A DNA stretch of 64,000 bases from an uncultured Thermoleophilia bacterium (GTDB lineage Bacteria > Actinomycetota > Thermoleophilia > UBA2241), in NCBI GenBank assembly GCA_963808735.1, contig CAWEHE010000008.1, positions 192,719 through 256,718 on the forward strand, written 5' to 3'. The number at the start of each line of letters is the position of its first letter. The first letter of the stretch is position 1. The position numbers were made by a program, and so were the translations under genes. The notes under the pieces were generated by a model that was not told where the DNA came from, did no database searches, and saw only the letters and a list, made by a program, of their open reading frames with translations. Positions 19,582 through 29,891 of this stretch are shown here, piece after piece.

Positions 19582-20827
19582 GTGAAGATCTACTTCACGC
19601 TGTATCTGATCCCTGTTGTGGTCGTGGCGCTGCTCGTGTTCTGGCTCGCCCTGCGCAGGGACGTCTACCGTCTGGTGTTCATCCTGCTCCTCAGCGTGGG
19701 TGTCCTGGCCGTGCTCAACCCGGCGTTCGCGATCGTGGCGCTCGGGCTGGTCCTGATCACGCACCAGCTGGTCGAGCTCAAGCGGCGGGAGAAGTTGCGC
19801 GGCGCGCGCGTCGTGCTCATCGCCGTGATCATCGCGCTCGTGACGCTCGGCATCGGTAAGTACGGCCAGAGCGGCGTCATCGCCATCTGGGGTGAGGACG
19901 ACTGGGTCGTCAGCCGCCTGATCATGCCGCTCGGCATCAGCTACTTCGTGTTCCGCATGCTGCAGTACGTCTTCGACTGCATGCGCGGCGTGATCCAGGA
20001 GAACTCACTGCTGCGGCTGGGCGCCTTCATGATGTTCATCCCGACGTTCCCGGCCGGCCCGCTCGAGACCTACCAGGGCTTCTACGAGAAGCGCAGCTTC
20101 ACGTTCGACCGTCAGCTGTTCTACTTCGGCCTCCGGCGCATCGTGATCGGCTACTTCAAGAAGGTCTTCGTCGTCGACTTCCTCTTCTCGATCTTCTTCG
20201 CCGAAGATCGTGACGACCATCGGCCGCACGGACTTCGACCCCGGGGACGTCGGCACGTGGTGGCCGCTGGCCTACTGCATCATCGTCTTCGTGCGCGCCT
20301 ACTTCGACCTCTCCGCCTACACGGACCTGGCGATCGGCTTCTCCGCGCTCTTCGGCTTCCGGATCATGGAGAACTTCCACTACCCGTTCTGGCAGAAGAA
20401 CCTGAGCGACTTCTGGCGCAGCTGGCACATCTCGCTGAGCACGTGGTGCCGCAACAACGTGTACTTCCCGGTGTTCGGGCTCACGCGCAAGGTGTGGCTC
20501 GGTCTCTACGCCAGCATGCTCACCATGGGCCTGTGGCACCGCGTCGACCTCAACTGGCTGGCGTGGGGCCTGTATCACGCCACGGGCCTGGTGATCGTCG
20601 CCCGCTGGGAGCGCTGGAAGAAGAAGCGCAAGAAGGCGCGCAAGAAGGCCGGCCTGCCTCCGGCCGCCGGCTACGAGAAGTTCACCAAGTGGCTGGGCTA
20701 TCCGGTGACGTTCCTGTATGTCGCGCTCGGCTACGCGTTCGTGGCCACGCCGAGCTTCGAGCGCTCCCTCAAGATCCTGTTCAACGTTGTCCGGCTGCCG
20801 CTGGCGTGGCTTACTGGACTGGTGTGA
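19582..20827 (+). CDS. MBOAT-family membrane O-acyltransferase (DltB/AlgI-like), apparent frameshift near 20205
   Basis: N-terminal half in the frame of 19582 (..GYFKKVFVVDFLFSIFF). C-terminal half in the frame of 20210 with MBOAT signature ENFHYPFWQKNLSDFWRSWHISLSTWCRNNVYFP (conserved His). Confidence 0.75.
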
Positions 20828-20857
20828 GGCCATGGCGATGTCGGCAGGGAGCACGGC

Positions 20858-21997
20858 GTGACGCCACGTGAGACACGGCGCACCAGTCCGTGGCGCGCCT
20901 TCGGCCGCGGGTTCCGCCAGCGGAGCCCGCTGGTGCTGGTGGCCGCCGCCGTCCTGACGGCGGCGGCGCTCTTCGCCGCGCAGGGGATCTTCTTCGGCGG
21001 CGGCCTCACCGTGGTCGACGAGGGCCGCCTCCTGCGCATCACCCACGACGACTACGTGCACGTCTCGGTCCGGGTCGAGCAGCTCAAGCAGGACCCGCCG
21101 ACGACCCACACGATCTATCTCTTCGGCGGCTCCGGCACCATGGAGTGCTTCATCAGCGAGGAGTCGCTCGGTGCGGCCGTCACGCGCGACGCCGGCGAGC
21201 CCATCCGGGTCGTGAGCCTGGCCGCGCATCAGGAGAGCATGGCGATGACGCTGGCGCTCGCGGACAACCTGCCGCCCGGGCCCGCCACGCTGGCGATCGG
21301 CCTGGCGCCCATCCGGGTGACGGGCAAGCCCGAGCGCGACGCGGAGCTGCTGAGCGGGCACACGCTCCTCGTGCGCAGCCCGCGCCTCGCCGCGGTGGCT
21401 CCCCGCTACTTCGGGCAGACACCGCCGCCGACGGGGGCGATCCCCGGCCTCTTCGACTACATCGGCTCCTACGTGCGCGAACGCGCGGCCGGCAAGACGC
21501 CTTGGGGCGGCCGCCTGCGCTACGAGACGCACTATTACCCGCCCGGGGCAAAGGGGCACACCCAGCTCGGCAAGCGGCGCAACGTGCTCTACGTGCTCGA
21601 GAAGGACGTGAGGCTGTACCGCAAGTACGCGGACTACAACTTCGCCATGCTCGAGGAGGTGCTCGATCTGGCGCGGGACCGTGGCTACTCCGTCGTGCTC
21701 TACGACCAGCCGCTCAACGCCTCGGCGGCCGGTCCCGACTGGGCCGGCGTGGTGCCGGCCTACCGCAAGCGCGCCGCGCAGCTGGCCGCGCGGTACGACG
21801 TGCCCTACCTGCACATCGAGCGCCGCGTCGAGCTCAACGACCTCGACTTCGCCGATCTCTTCCACCTTTTCGCCCGCGGGCGCGCCAAGTGGCAGCCGGA
21901 GATGGCGCGCCAGCTCGCCGGCGCGCTGAAGGCGCAGGCGGGCGAGCCGTTCGCCTCCGGGATCGCGTCTGCGGTCCCCTCCGCCGCGCTCCGATGA
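20858..21997 (+). CDS. DltD/SGNH-like protein, paralog 3
   Basis: GRGFRQRSPLVLVAA anchor, LFGGSGTMECF, C-terminal DFADLFHLF. More diverged than paralogs 1 and 2. Confidence 0.55.
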   Translation: MTPRETRRTSPWRAFGRGFRQRSPLVLVAAAVLTAAALFAAQGIFFGGGLTVVDEGRLLRITHDDYVHVSVRVEQLKQDPPTTHTIYLFGGSGTMECFISEESLGAAVTRDAGEPIRVVSLAAHQESMAMTLALADNLPPGPATLAIGLAPIRVTGKPERDAELLSGHTLLVRSPRLAAVAPRYFGQTPPPTGAIPGLFDYIGSYVRERAAGKTPWGGRLRYETHYYPPGAKGHTQLGKRRNVLYVLEKDVRLYRKYADYNFAMLEEVLDLARDRGYSVVLYDQPLNASAAGPDWAGVVPAYRKRAAQLAARYDVPYLHIERRVELNDLDFADLFHLFARGRAKWQPEMARQLAGALKAQAGEPFASGIASAVPSAALR

Positions 21998-22036
21998 GCA
22001 TCGGCGGGCCGCCCGGCGCCTGAGGCGCAGCGGCGC

Positions 22037-23108
22037 TCAGACGCGCGGCACGAAGCGCTGCGCGTCCCAGTGGTCGGCCGCGAGACGCCGCGTCACCGCG
22101 GCCGCGAGCAGCGCGCCCGGCCTCGGCGTCGTCCGGCTGCATCACCTCGTACGCCGAGTGCATGTTGCGCACCGGGAGGCTGAACGACAGGGTCGCGGCG
22201 CGTCCGGCGGCCATGAGCTCTTCGGCGTCGGTGGATGTGTTGCCGGGCATCGCCTTGATCTGCACGGGGATGCCCTCGTCCCTGGCCACCTCGATGGCGA
22301 GGTCGGTGAGGGCGAGGTTGCCGGCGGCGCCGCGGTGGATCACCGGGCCGGCGCCGAGCTTGACCTCGCCGCCCAGCTTCTTGGCGTCCGTGCCCGGGTC
22401 GTCGCTGGCGAAGTCGACGTCGACGACGATGATCACGTCGGGCTGCCAGCGGATGGCCATCGCCCGGGCGCCCATGAAGGTCGTCTCCTCGTGCACGGTG
22501 AGCAGCGCCGTCAGGTCGGCGGCCGCCGGCGCCGCGGCGTAGTGCTCGAGGGCGCGCAGGCAGACGTAGACGCCGGCGCGGTTGTCGAAGGCCGGCGAGG
22601 CGTAGCGCCCTCCGGCGAGGGGGAGGAAGGCGGCAGGGAAGGTGATCGGGTCGCCGATCTGCACGAGGCGCATGGCCTCCTCGCGGCTGGAGGCGCCGAG
22701 GTCGAGCCACTGGTCGCTCAGATCCGGCGCCTTGGCACGTTCCTCCTTGGTCATCTTGTGCGAAGGCTTGCGGCCGACGACGCCGTTCACCTGGCCGCCG
22801 GCGCCGTGCACGATGAGGCTGCGCCCGGGGAGCAACTGCGGGTCCACACCGCCGATCTTGTCGAACGAGACGAAACCGTGCTCGTCCACGTAGGTGACGA
22901 TGAGGCCGATCTGGTCGGCGTGAGCGGTGACCACGACGTTGGGCTCGCCTCGGCCGGTGACCGTGCCCCAGACGTTGCCCAGGGGGTCTCCCTCGGGCGC
23001 CGCGAGCGCGGCGAGGCGCGTGCGGACGAGGTCTTGGACGGGGGCTTCGAAGCCGGTGGGAGCGGGCGCGCCGCACAGGTCGCGCAGCAGGTCGAGGTCG
23101 GTCGCCAT
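22037..23108 (-). CDS. M42-family aminopeptidase / endoglucanase-like (apparent frameshift near 22115)
   Basis: ATG at 23108. M42 motifs (VTAHADQIG, FDNRAGV, HEETTFMGA, VRNMHSAYEV). A compact C-terminus ..GRALLAAAVTRRLAADHWDAQRFVPRV* is in the +1 frame. The in-frame continuation to 21834 is Arg-rich low complexity. Confidence 0.65.
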
Positions 23109-23568
23109 GGAGCCCTCCGGAGTCGTGGTCGGCGTGCCGCCGGCGAGGCTGCGCCGGCCGGCCGCAAGCATCCTACCCGCTGCGGCCCCGGCGGGCACCC
23201 GGTCGCGGAGACGGGGCGCACCTCCGGTCGCCGGCGCACTTCGTAGTATCGTTGCGCCATCGAGACGTCGTCCGGGACAGACCGGCGGCCGCCGCGCCGC
23301 CGTTCCGCGCAGCGCCAGCGCCAGCTGCGGCGCCGGCGCGGCCTTGCGCTCGCCGTCCTCCTCCTCGTCCTGCTCCTGATCGTCTGGCGCGCCGCCTCCT
23401 GCGGGGGCTGCGGCTGCGGCGGCGGGACGGCAGCAGGTCGCGCACGCCGGGCCGATCCCGCCGCCGCCGCGGCCGTCGCTCACGGGCGACGGCGTCAAGG
23501 TCGGCACCTTCCTCGGCAACTACGGGCGCCGGTTCTACGGGCTGGGACCGGCGCCGAAGCGCCTGGAC

Positions 23569-24933
23569 GTGCTCTGGAAGGTGCAGCTCGGCGCCGGCTG
23601 GAGCTCCGGCAAGCTCGACACCGACCCCCCGAGCAAGTGGGCCGGCAGCGGCTGGACCGGACAGCCCAACATCGTCGTCGACGGCGGCAGGACCTACGTC
23701 CTCGCCGGCTCCTACGAGTACAAGCTGCGCCGCATCGACGCGCAGACCGGCGAGGTCGTCTGGGCGTACCAGTACGACGACATCATCAAGGGTAGCCCGT
23801 CGGTCTTCCAGAATCCTTCACCGACGGGCCCCGACGACAAGTACATCGTCGTCGCCGGGTCGCGGCGCGGGTACCCGTACAAGCTGGACGACCCGCGCGT
23901 GGCGCCCGTGCGCGCCGTGACCTTCGGCAGCGGCAAAGAGCTGTGGCGGCTGCCCGTGCCGCAGACCCGCTGCTACAGCCGCGACTGCGACGGCAGCGGC
24001 TTCTACTTCGACGGCCGCTACTTCATCGGCGTGGAGAGCGGCTGGTTCTATGCGCTCGACCCGCTCAAGACCGAGACCTGGTCCGAGGGCGAGAAGCCCG
24101 TCGTCGAGGCCCAGCGGCTACTCCTCGGCGACGAGCGCGCCGCGAACCACGGGCGCAACCTCGTGCTGGAGTCGTCGGCCTCGGCGCTCGGCAAGAACCT
24201 GTACATCGCCTCCGGCGCCGGCCACGTGTACGGCCTCCGGCGCTCCGACCTCAAGGTCGTCTGGGACTACTTCATCGGCTCCGACCTCGACGGCACGCCG
24301 GTGCCGACCAGAAAGGGCCTGCTGCTGCAGGCGGTGGAGAAGCAGTACATCCAGGGCAAGGGCGGGATGCTTGCCCTGGACCCGTCCAAGCCGGCCGACC
24401 AGGCGACCGTGTGGTTCTTCCCGACGGGGAACCGCAAGGTCGGCGACTGGGCCGGCGGCATCGTCGGCTCCGCCGCCGTGAACGACGAGTACAACGACGG
24501 CGGCGCCTACCCGGCGCTGTGCGCCTTCAGCGCCATCGACGGCTACCTCTACGTGATCTCCCAGGACGTGATGAGCGAGCAGACGGTCGCGGGGCCGAAC
24601 CGCGAGAAGGGCCTCGCGACGCCCGTGCAGGTCGCCAAGGTCTGGAACGGCGGCGCCATCTCGACGCCGATCATCGTCGGGGACGCGCTGGTGGCCGCCG
24701 GCTACGACCAGCGCGTCCACCTCTTCAACATCAGGTACGCGCCGGCCGAGAAGGGCGACGCCGGCGCGCTGCCCAGCGCCAACGGCGACGGCAGGTACTG
24801 GACGGTGACGCTGGAGGAGCGCGACCAGTTCTACGCCGAAGGCGCCTTCGAGTCCACGCCGACGATGTGGGACGGGCGGATCTACATCGGCTGCCGCGAC
24901 GGCTGGTTCTACTGCCTCGGCGACAAGCCCTGA
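23569..24933 (+). CDS. PQQ-like beta-propeller repeat protein (BamB-like fold)
   Basis: Repeated WxYxxGxxxxxSP/GxxYxxxxdGxxyAlD motifs. True N-terminus unresolved: in-frame protein-like sequence continues upstream to 23380, and a signal-peptide-like segment sits in another frame at 23283..23400. Confidence 0.6.
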   Translation: MLWKVQLGAGWSSGKLDTDPPSKWAGSGWTGQPNIVVDGGRTYVLAGSYEYKLRRIDAQTGEVVWAYQYDDIIKGSPSVFQNPSPTGPDDKYIVVAGSRRGYPYKLDDPRVAPVRAVTFGSGKELWRLPVPQTRCYSRDCDGSGFYFDGRYFIGVESGWFYALDPLKTETWSEGEKPVVEAQRLLLGDERAANHGRNLVLESSASALGKNLYIASGAGHVYGLRRSDLKVVWDYFIGSDLDGTPVPTRKGLLLQAVEKQYIQGKGGMLALDPSKPADQATVWFFPTGNRKVGDWAGGIVGSAAVNDEYNDGGAYPALCAFSAIDGYLYVISQDVMSEQTVAGPNREKGLATPVQVAKVWNGGAISTPIIVGDALVAAGYDQRVHLFNIRYAPAEKGDAGALPSANGDGRYWTVTLEERDQFYAEGAFESTPTMWDGRIYIGCRDGWFYCLGDKP

Positions 24934-24952
24934 CGGCGAGCCGGAGGCGCTC

Positions 24953-24975
24953 GGCGGCCGCTGTGGCCGCCGTCG
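24953..24975. terminator. GC hairpin between convergent genes (PQQ + / VWA -)
   Basis: CGGCGGCC-gctgt-GGCCGCCG, 8-bp stem. Confidence 0.3.
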
Positions 24976-25033
24976 GCGGGGACTGGACAGCGGTGCGCCT
25001 GCGGCGCCCCCCTCGCCAGCTTCTCTCCGTCGG

Positions 25034-26243
25034 CTAGTAGCGCACCATCAGCTTCCGCGTCGCGGCCGTCAGCCCGTCGACGGTGAGCTCGAACATGGGG
25101 AAGACCTCGCGGACCTTGCGGATGGTGACGCTGCCGTAGGCGCGGTCCCAGTCGGCCTCCGAGATGGTGTTGAGCCACACGGAGTGGTCGAAGTGGCGGC
25201 GCAGGCGGCGGAGCCACTCGATGCCGGGCTCGTCGTTGCCGAAGCCCCACCAGATGATGCCGTCGCGCGACAGGAGCTCGCTGGGCGCCATGGCCGCGTC
25301 GCCGACGATGATGAGCTTGTAGTCGCTGGGAAGCTCCTGGAGCACGCGGCGCGTGGAGATCGCCTCGGACGACGTCATGCGCGTGCTCGTGTACAGCCAG
25401 TCGTAGACGCAATTGTGGAAGTAGTAGAAGCGCAGGTCCTTGAAGTGGCTGCTGCGGTTGACGGCGCTGAAGAGCTGGCTGCAGAGGCGGATGTAGGGGT
25501 GCATGGATCCGCCGACGTCCATGAGCAGCAGCACCTTGACGGCGTTCTTGCGGCTCTTGCGCCAGACGAGGCTGAGGCGGCCGGCGTTGCTCGCCGTCTC
25601 CTCGACGGTCTCGTCGAGGTCGAGCTCGTCGGGCACGCCCTCGTTGCGCGACGAGAGCTGACGAAGGCGCCTGAGCGCGAGCTCGAACTGCCGCACGCCG
25701 ACCTCCTGGTCGGTGCGGTAGCCGCGGTAGCGGCGCTCGCCGGCCACCTTGACGGCGCTCCGACCCCGGCTCGCGCCGCCGACGCGGATGCCGCCGGGGT
25801 GGAAGCCGGAGTGGCCGAAGGGACTGGTGCCGCCGGTGCCCACCCAGCGGTTGCCGCCGTGGTGAGCCTCGGTCTGCTCCCGCAGGCGCTCCTCGAACAG
25901 CCGCTGGAGCGCCTCGAGATCGAGGTCCTCGAGCGCGGCGGCCAGCGCCCGCCGCTCCTCGGTCGCTGAGCCCGGGCATGGTCAAGGGGTTCGCCAGCCA
26001 GTCCCAGACCTCGTCGTCGATCTCCACCGGCGTCTCGATGCCCTTGAACATGGCCGCGAACGCCTGGTCGTACTGGTCGAAGTACGCCTCGGACTTGACC
26101 AGGACGCTGCGGGCGACGGCGTAGAACTGGTCGAGTCCGGTCGGCACGAGCCCCATGGCGAGTCCGCGCATGAGGGCCAGCCACTCCGTGACCGTGACCG
26201 GCACCCCGTAGAAGCGCAGCAGGAAGAAGAAGTCGGTGAACAC
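25034..26243 (-). CDS. VWA-domain protein (CoxE-like, MoxR partner); apparent frameshift near 26000
   Basis: N-terminal part in the frame of 26243 (MFTDFFFLLRFYGVPVT..), C-terminal part in the frame of 25843 (vWA core LLLMDVGGSMHPY). Junction at GCCCGGGCTCAGCG, a homopolymer context. Confidence 0.7.
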
Positions 26244-26258
26244 CGGTCCGGCCGCGCG

Positions 26259-26351
26259 TCAGCGCTTGGACATGATCTGGCGCAGCACCAGTCCGGCCAC
26301 CACGATGGCCACCACGATGACGATGAAGAGCTCGATTCCTCCGACGCTCAT
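26259..26351 (-). CDS. possible 30-aa single-TM micro-protein between moxR and the VWA gene
   Basis: MSVGGIELFIVIVVAIVVAGLVLRQIMSKR with an AGAGGAA RBS. Below the ORF-track size cutoff. Confidence 0.25.
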   Translation of the reverse strand: MSVGGIELFIVIVVAIVVAGLVLRQIMSKR

Positions 26352-26383
26352 GCTGTTCCTCTCGCGTTGATCGCGCGGCCCGC

Positions 26384-27220
26384 CTAGCGGCGGCCGCGGC
26401 CGCCCGCCAGCGCGCGCTGGGCGACGTCGACGTCGTGATCCTTCTTGAGCAGCACGCCCATGAACGGCAGGCGCGCGGCGATCTCCTGGGGGTCGACGCC
26501 GCCGCGCGCCAGCGCCTGCACCCAGTCGATGAGCTCGCTGGTGCTGGGCTTCTTCTGCAGGCCGGGCACGTCGCGCAGCCAGTAGAACGCCTGGATGGCG
26601 AGGTCGAGCAGCCGCTTGTCGAGGTCGGGCACGTGCACGTGGACGATGCGCTCCATCATCTCCTCGTCCGGGAACTCGATGTAGTGGAACACGCAGCGGC
26701 GCAGGAACGCGTCGGGCAGTTCCTTCTCGGCGTTGGAGGTGATGAGCACGATGGGGCGCTGCTTCGCCTTGACGGTCTCGTGCGTCTCGGGGATGTGGAA
26801 CTCCATCTGGTCGAGCTCCCAGAGCAGGTCGTTGGGGAACTCGAGGTCGGCCTTGTCGATCTCGTCGATGAGGAGCACGACGCGCTTCTCGCTGGCGAAC
26901 GCCTCGCCCAGCTTGCCGGGCTTGATGTACTGGGCGATGTCACTCACGTCGCGGTCGCCGAACTGGCCGTCGTAGAGGCGCTGCACCGTGTCGTAGACGT
27001 AGAGGCCGTCCTGCGCCTTGGTCGTCGACTTGACGTTCCAGACGAGCAGCGGCATCTCGAGGCCGCGGGCGATGCTCTGCGCGAGCATCGTCTTGCCGGT
27101 GCCGGGCTCGCCCTTGATGAGGAGCGGCCGGCTGAGCTGGACGGCGACGTTGACCGTCTGCATGAGGTCGGGCGCGGCGATGTAGTCGCTGGTGCCCGTG
27201 TACGTGAAGGACTGGCTCAT
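26384..27220 (-). CDS. MoxR-like AAA+ ATPase (AAA_5/CbbQ-NorQ type)
   Basis: Walker A GEPGTGKT, Walker B LLIDEIDKA, sensor region. Immediately upstream of the VWA gene on the same strand. Confidence 0.85.
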   Translation of the reverse strand: MSQSFTYTGTSDYIAAPDLMQTVNVAVQLSRPLLIKGEPGTGKTMLAQSIARGLEMPLLVWNVKSTTKAQDGLYVYDTVQRLYDGQFGDRDVSDIAQYIKPGKLGEAFASEKRVVLLIDEIDKADLEFPNDLLWELDQMEFHIPETHETVKAKQRPIVLITSNAEKELPDAFLRRCVFHYIEFPDEEMMERIVHVHVPDLDKRLLDLAIQAFYWLRDVPGLQKKPSTSELIDWVQALARGGVDPQEIAARLPFMGVLLKKDHDVDVAQRALAGGRGRR

Positions 27221-27390
27221 GGCGTGCGCTTTCGGTCGGTGGCGTGAGCGTGGGGGCGCCGAAGCGGCACCCCGCGGATTCTATCAGACGCCTCCGCGGC
27301 GCCGGACCTCCGCGACAGCCCTGAACACTTCGTCACATCGGTGAACGGGTATACACAGAGTTCATCCATGTCTTCCGGGAGGGGTGCGAC

Positions 27391-27864
27391 ATGAGACCGC
27401 CGACAGCCGACCTGTCCGTCGAGAGCACGCTGGCTCACTGCGAGTTGCTTGAACCGCTCAGCGAGAGCCAGATCACGGCGCTCTCCGACCACTGCACGAT
27501 GGTGACCCTGCGCGAGGGCGAGGCCCTGTTCGACCAGAACACGGTGGCGCACAGCCTGTTCGTGGTGGCCAGTGGCCGACTGGCGATCCGGCTGGCCACG
27601 CCGGAGGGCCGCGTCATCGAGGTGGTGGAGGTCGGCCAGTACGGGCTGTCCGGCTGGTCGTCGATCGTGGCGCCGCACATCTACGTGGCCGACGCGAAGG
27701 CGCTCGAGGACAGCGCCGTCATCGCGATCTCCGCCGACGAGGTGGAGGACATCCTGCTGCGCGACCCCGCCGCCGGCTACCAGGTCATGAAGAAGGTCGC
27801 CGGCGTCATCTCGACGCGGCTGCGCGACATCAAGGAGGAGCTCATCGAGGTGCTCGAGAGCTGA
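27391..27864 (+). CDS. cyclic-nucleotide-binding domain protein (stand-alone CAP effector domain)
   Basis: 157 aa. cNMP-binding pattern (LREGEALFDQNTVAHSLFVVASGRLAI..GQYGLSGWSS). Confidence 0.7.
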   Translation: MRPPTADLSVESTLAHCELLEPLSESQITALSDHCTMVTLREGEALFDQNTVAHSLFVVASGRLAIRLATPEGRVIEVVEVGQYGLSGWSSIVAPHIYVADAKALEDSAVIAISADEVEDILLRDPAAGYQVMKKVAGVISTRLRDIKEELIEVLES

Positions 27865-27900
27865 GCGCGGCGGGATTCTGCCCTCTTTGGGGCGCCGCGG

Positions 27901-28665
27901 TCAGAGCAGGGCGAGCTCCCGCAGGTGGGCGAGGCTCGCAAGCAGGTCGTCTTCGCGGTCGTTCTCGAGCACCACGGAGGCGCCGGCGGCGCGCGCGGCG
28001 GCCATGACGGCCGCCGCGTCGACCACGCCGGCGCCCAGTCCCAGGTGCGGATCGTCGGCGTCGCCTTCGCCGTGGTTGTCGTGCACGTGCAGGTGGCGCA
28101 GCGGCGCCTGCGGGTCGGCCAGCCACTGGTCGAGGCAGCCGCTGATGCTGGCGTGGCCGACGTCGAGGACGAGGCCGAGGCCGCGCAGGTCGAGGTCGCC
28201 GGGATGCGTGAAGTGGGACTGCCCGGCGCCGGGCATGTTCTCGATGACGATCTCGACGCCGTAGTCATCCTGCCATGCGAGCAGCGTGTCGAAGGAGCGG
28301 TCGAGCGCCGCGACCACGGCAGGGTCGCGCGGCGCGATCGCCGGGCGCCAGTCGGGGTGCACCACGTAGACGAGCGCCCCGATCTCCGCGCTCGCCTCGA
28401 GGTGCCGGCGCTGTTCGTCGAGCGCCTCGAGCCGCACGGCCTCGTCGAGGTCCCAGATGCCGGTGTAGCCGAAGGGCCCGTGGACGGAGTACGCGAGGCC
28501 CGCCTCCCGCGCCGCCCTCCGGTTGCGCTCGCTGAGCAGCGTGTGCAGGCCGAACGAGCGGATCTCGGCGGCCGGCGCCAGTTCGGCGACACGCTCGAGC
28601 GCCGCCGGGAGCATGAGCTCGGAGAAGGCGCTGGTCGAGATACCGATGTCGGTGGTGCGGCCCAT
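27901..28665 (-). CDS. sugar phosphate isomerase/epimerase (xylose-isomerase-like TIM barrel)
   Basis: 254 aa. AP-endonuclease-2 / TIM-barrel motifs (VIENMPGAG, HLHVHDNHG). Confidence 0.7.
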   Translation of the reverse strand: MGRTTDIGISTSAFSELMLPAALERVAELAPAAEIRSFGLHTLLSERNRRAAREAGLAYSVHGPFGYTGIWDLDEAVRLEALDEQRRHLEASAEIGALVYVVHPDWRPAIAPRDPAVVAALDRSFDTLLAWQDDYGVEIVIENMPGAGQSHFTHPGDLDLRGLGLVLDVGHASISGCLDQWLADPQAPLRHLHVHDNHGEGDADDPHLGLGAGVVDAAAVMAAARAAGASVVLENDREDDLLASLAHLRELALL

Positions 28666-28743
28666 GCGGTCAAGTATGCCAGAGCCCGGCCGTCGGCCGC
28701 TCCCCGGGGCTTGCGATGACGGCTGCCGGGGAAGAAGGCGCCC

Positions 28744-29868
28744 ATGGAATCACCCCCGACAACCGGCGCCGGCGCGCGTGGCACCACCGGGAGCTCCGAC
28801 GCCGGGTACGGTCGGCTCGCGGGGCTGGGTCTCGCGATCGAGAGCTACCGCACCGAGCGGCGCGAGCTGGACGTCTCGAGCGGCTTCCGCCGCGTCACCA
28901 CGGAGATCGTACTCGGCGGCGGCGGGCTCGAGGGCCGCGGCGAGGACGTCACCTACGCGGCCGAGGACCACGACGACTACCCCGCGGATCTGGCGCTGGC
29001 GGGGGAGTGGACCTTCGACGATTTCTCGCGGCATCTCGGCGGCCTCGACCTGTTCCCCGGCAGGCCGCCGCAGCAGGAGTCCTTCCGCGACTACCGGCGC
29101 TGGGCCTTCGAGAGCGCCGCCCTCGACCTCGCGCTCCGGCAGGCCAAGCTGAACCTGGGCGAGGCCCTCGGGCGGCCCTACGCGCCGGTCCGCTTCGCGC
29201 TCAGCACGCGCCTGGACATCAAGCCGTGGCTGGCGGTGGACCCGCGGCTCGAGTTCAAGCTCGACCCCACGCCGGAGTGGGACGCCGGACTGATGTCCGA
29301 CATCGCCGCCACGGGCCGCGTGCGGGTGCTCGACTTCAAGTCCTTCTACGAGGGCTCGCCCGTGGACAACCCGCCGGACCCCGTGCAGTACCGGCTGGTG
29401 AGCGAGACCTTCCCCGACGCGGTGCTCGAGGATCCGGCGCTGGACGGCGCCGCGCGCGAGGCGCTCCACGGGCAGGAGGCTCGGTTCAGCTTCGACGCGC
29501 CCATCCACTCCTGGGGGGACGTCGAGGCGGTGACGGCACGGGTGGCCGCGGTCTGCGGCCCAGACTGCGACGCCTTCGTGCTGCGCCAGCTGAACATCAA
29601 GCCGTCGCGCTTCGGGAGCCTGAGCGCGCTGCTGGACTGCGTCGGCCGGGCGCAGGCCGCCGGCATGGTCCTGTACGGAGGCGGCCAGTTCGAACTGGGC
29701 ATCGGCCGCGACCAGATCCAGGCGCTCGCCAGTCTGCTCTACCCCGATACGCCCAACGACGTCGCGCCGCGCGAGTACCACGGCGACGCGCATGCCGGCG
29801 TGCCCGCGAGCCCGTTGCAGCCGCTCGCGTTCCAGGGGCCGGGCTTCGGGTTCGCCTTCGCGAGGTAG
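28744..29868 (+). CDS. enolase-superfamily protein (MR/MLE or o-succinylbenzoate-synthase-like)
   Basis: 374 aa. N-terminal capping region (VLGGGGLEGRGED), barrel region (LRQLNIKPSRFGSL..GGGQFELGIG). Family assignment tentative. Confidence 0.5.
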   Translation: MESPPTTGAGARGTTGSSDAGYGRLAGLGLAIESYRTERRELDVSSGFRRVTTEIVLGGGGLEGRGEDVTYAAEDHDDYPADLALAGEWTFDDFSRHLGGLDLFPGRPPQQESFRDYRRWAFESAALDLALRQAKLNLGEALGRPYAPVRFALSTRLDIKPWLAVDPRLEFKLDPTPEWDAGLMSDIAATGRVRVLDFKSFYEGSPVDNPPDPVQYRLVSETFPDAVLEDPALDGAAREALHGQEARFSFDAPIHSWGDVEAVTARVAAVCGPDCDAFVLRQLNIKPSRFGSLSALLDCVGRAQAAGMVLYGGGQFELGIGRDQIQALASLLYPDTPNDVAPREYHGDAHAGVPASPLQPLAFQGPGFGFAFAR

Positions 29869-29891
29869 CCCGGGGCGAAGGCAGCGGCGTC

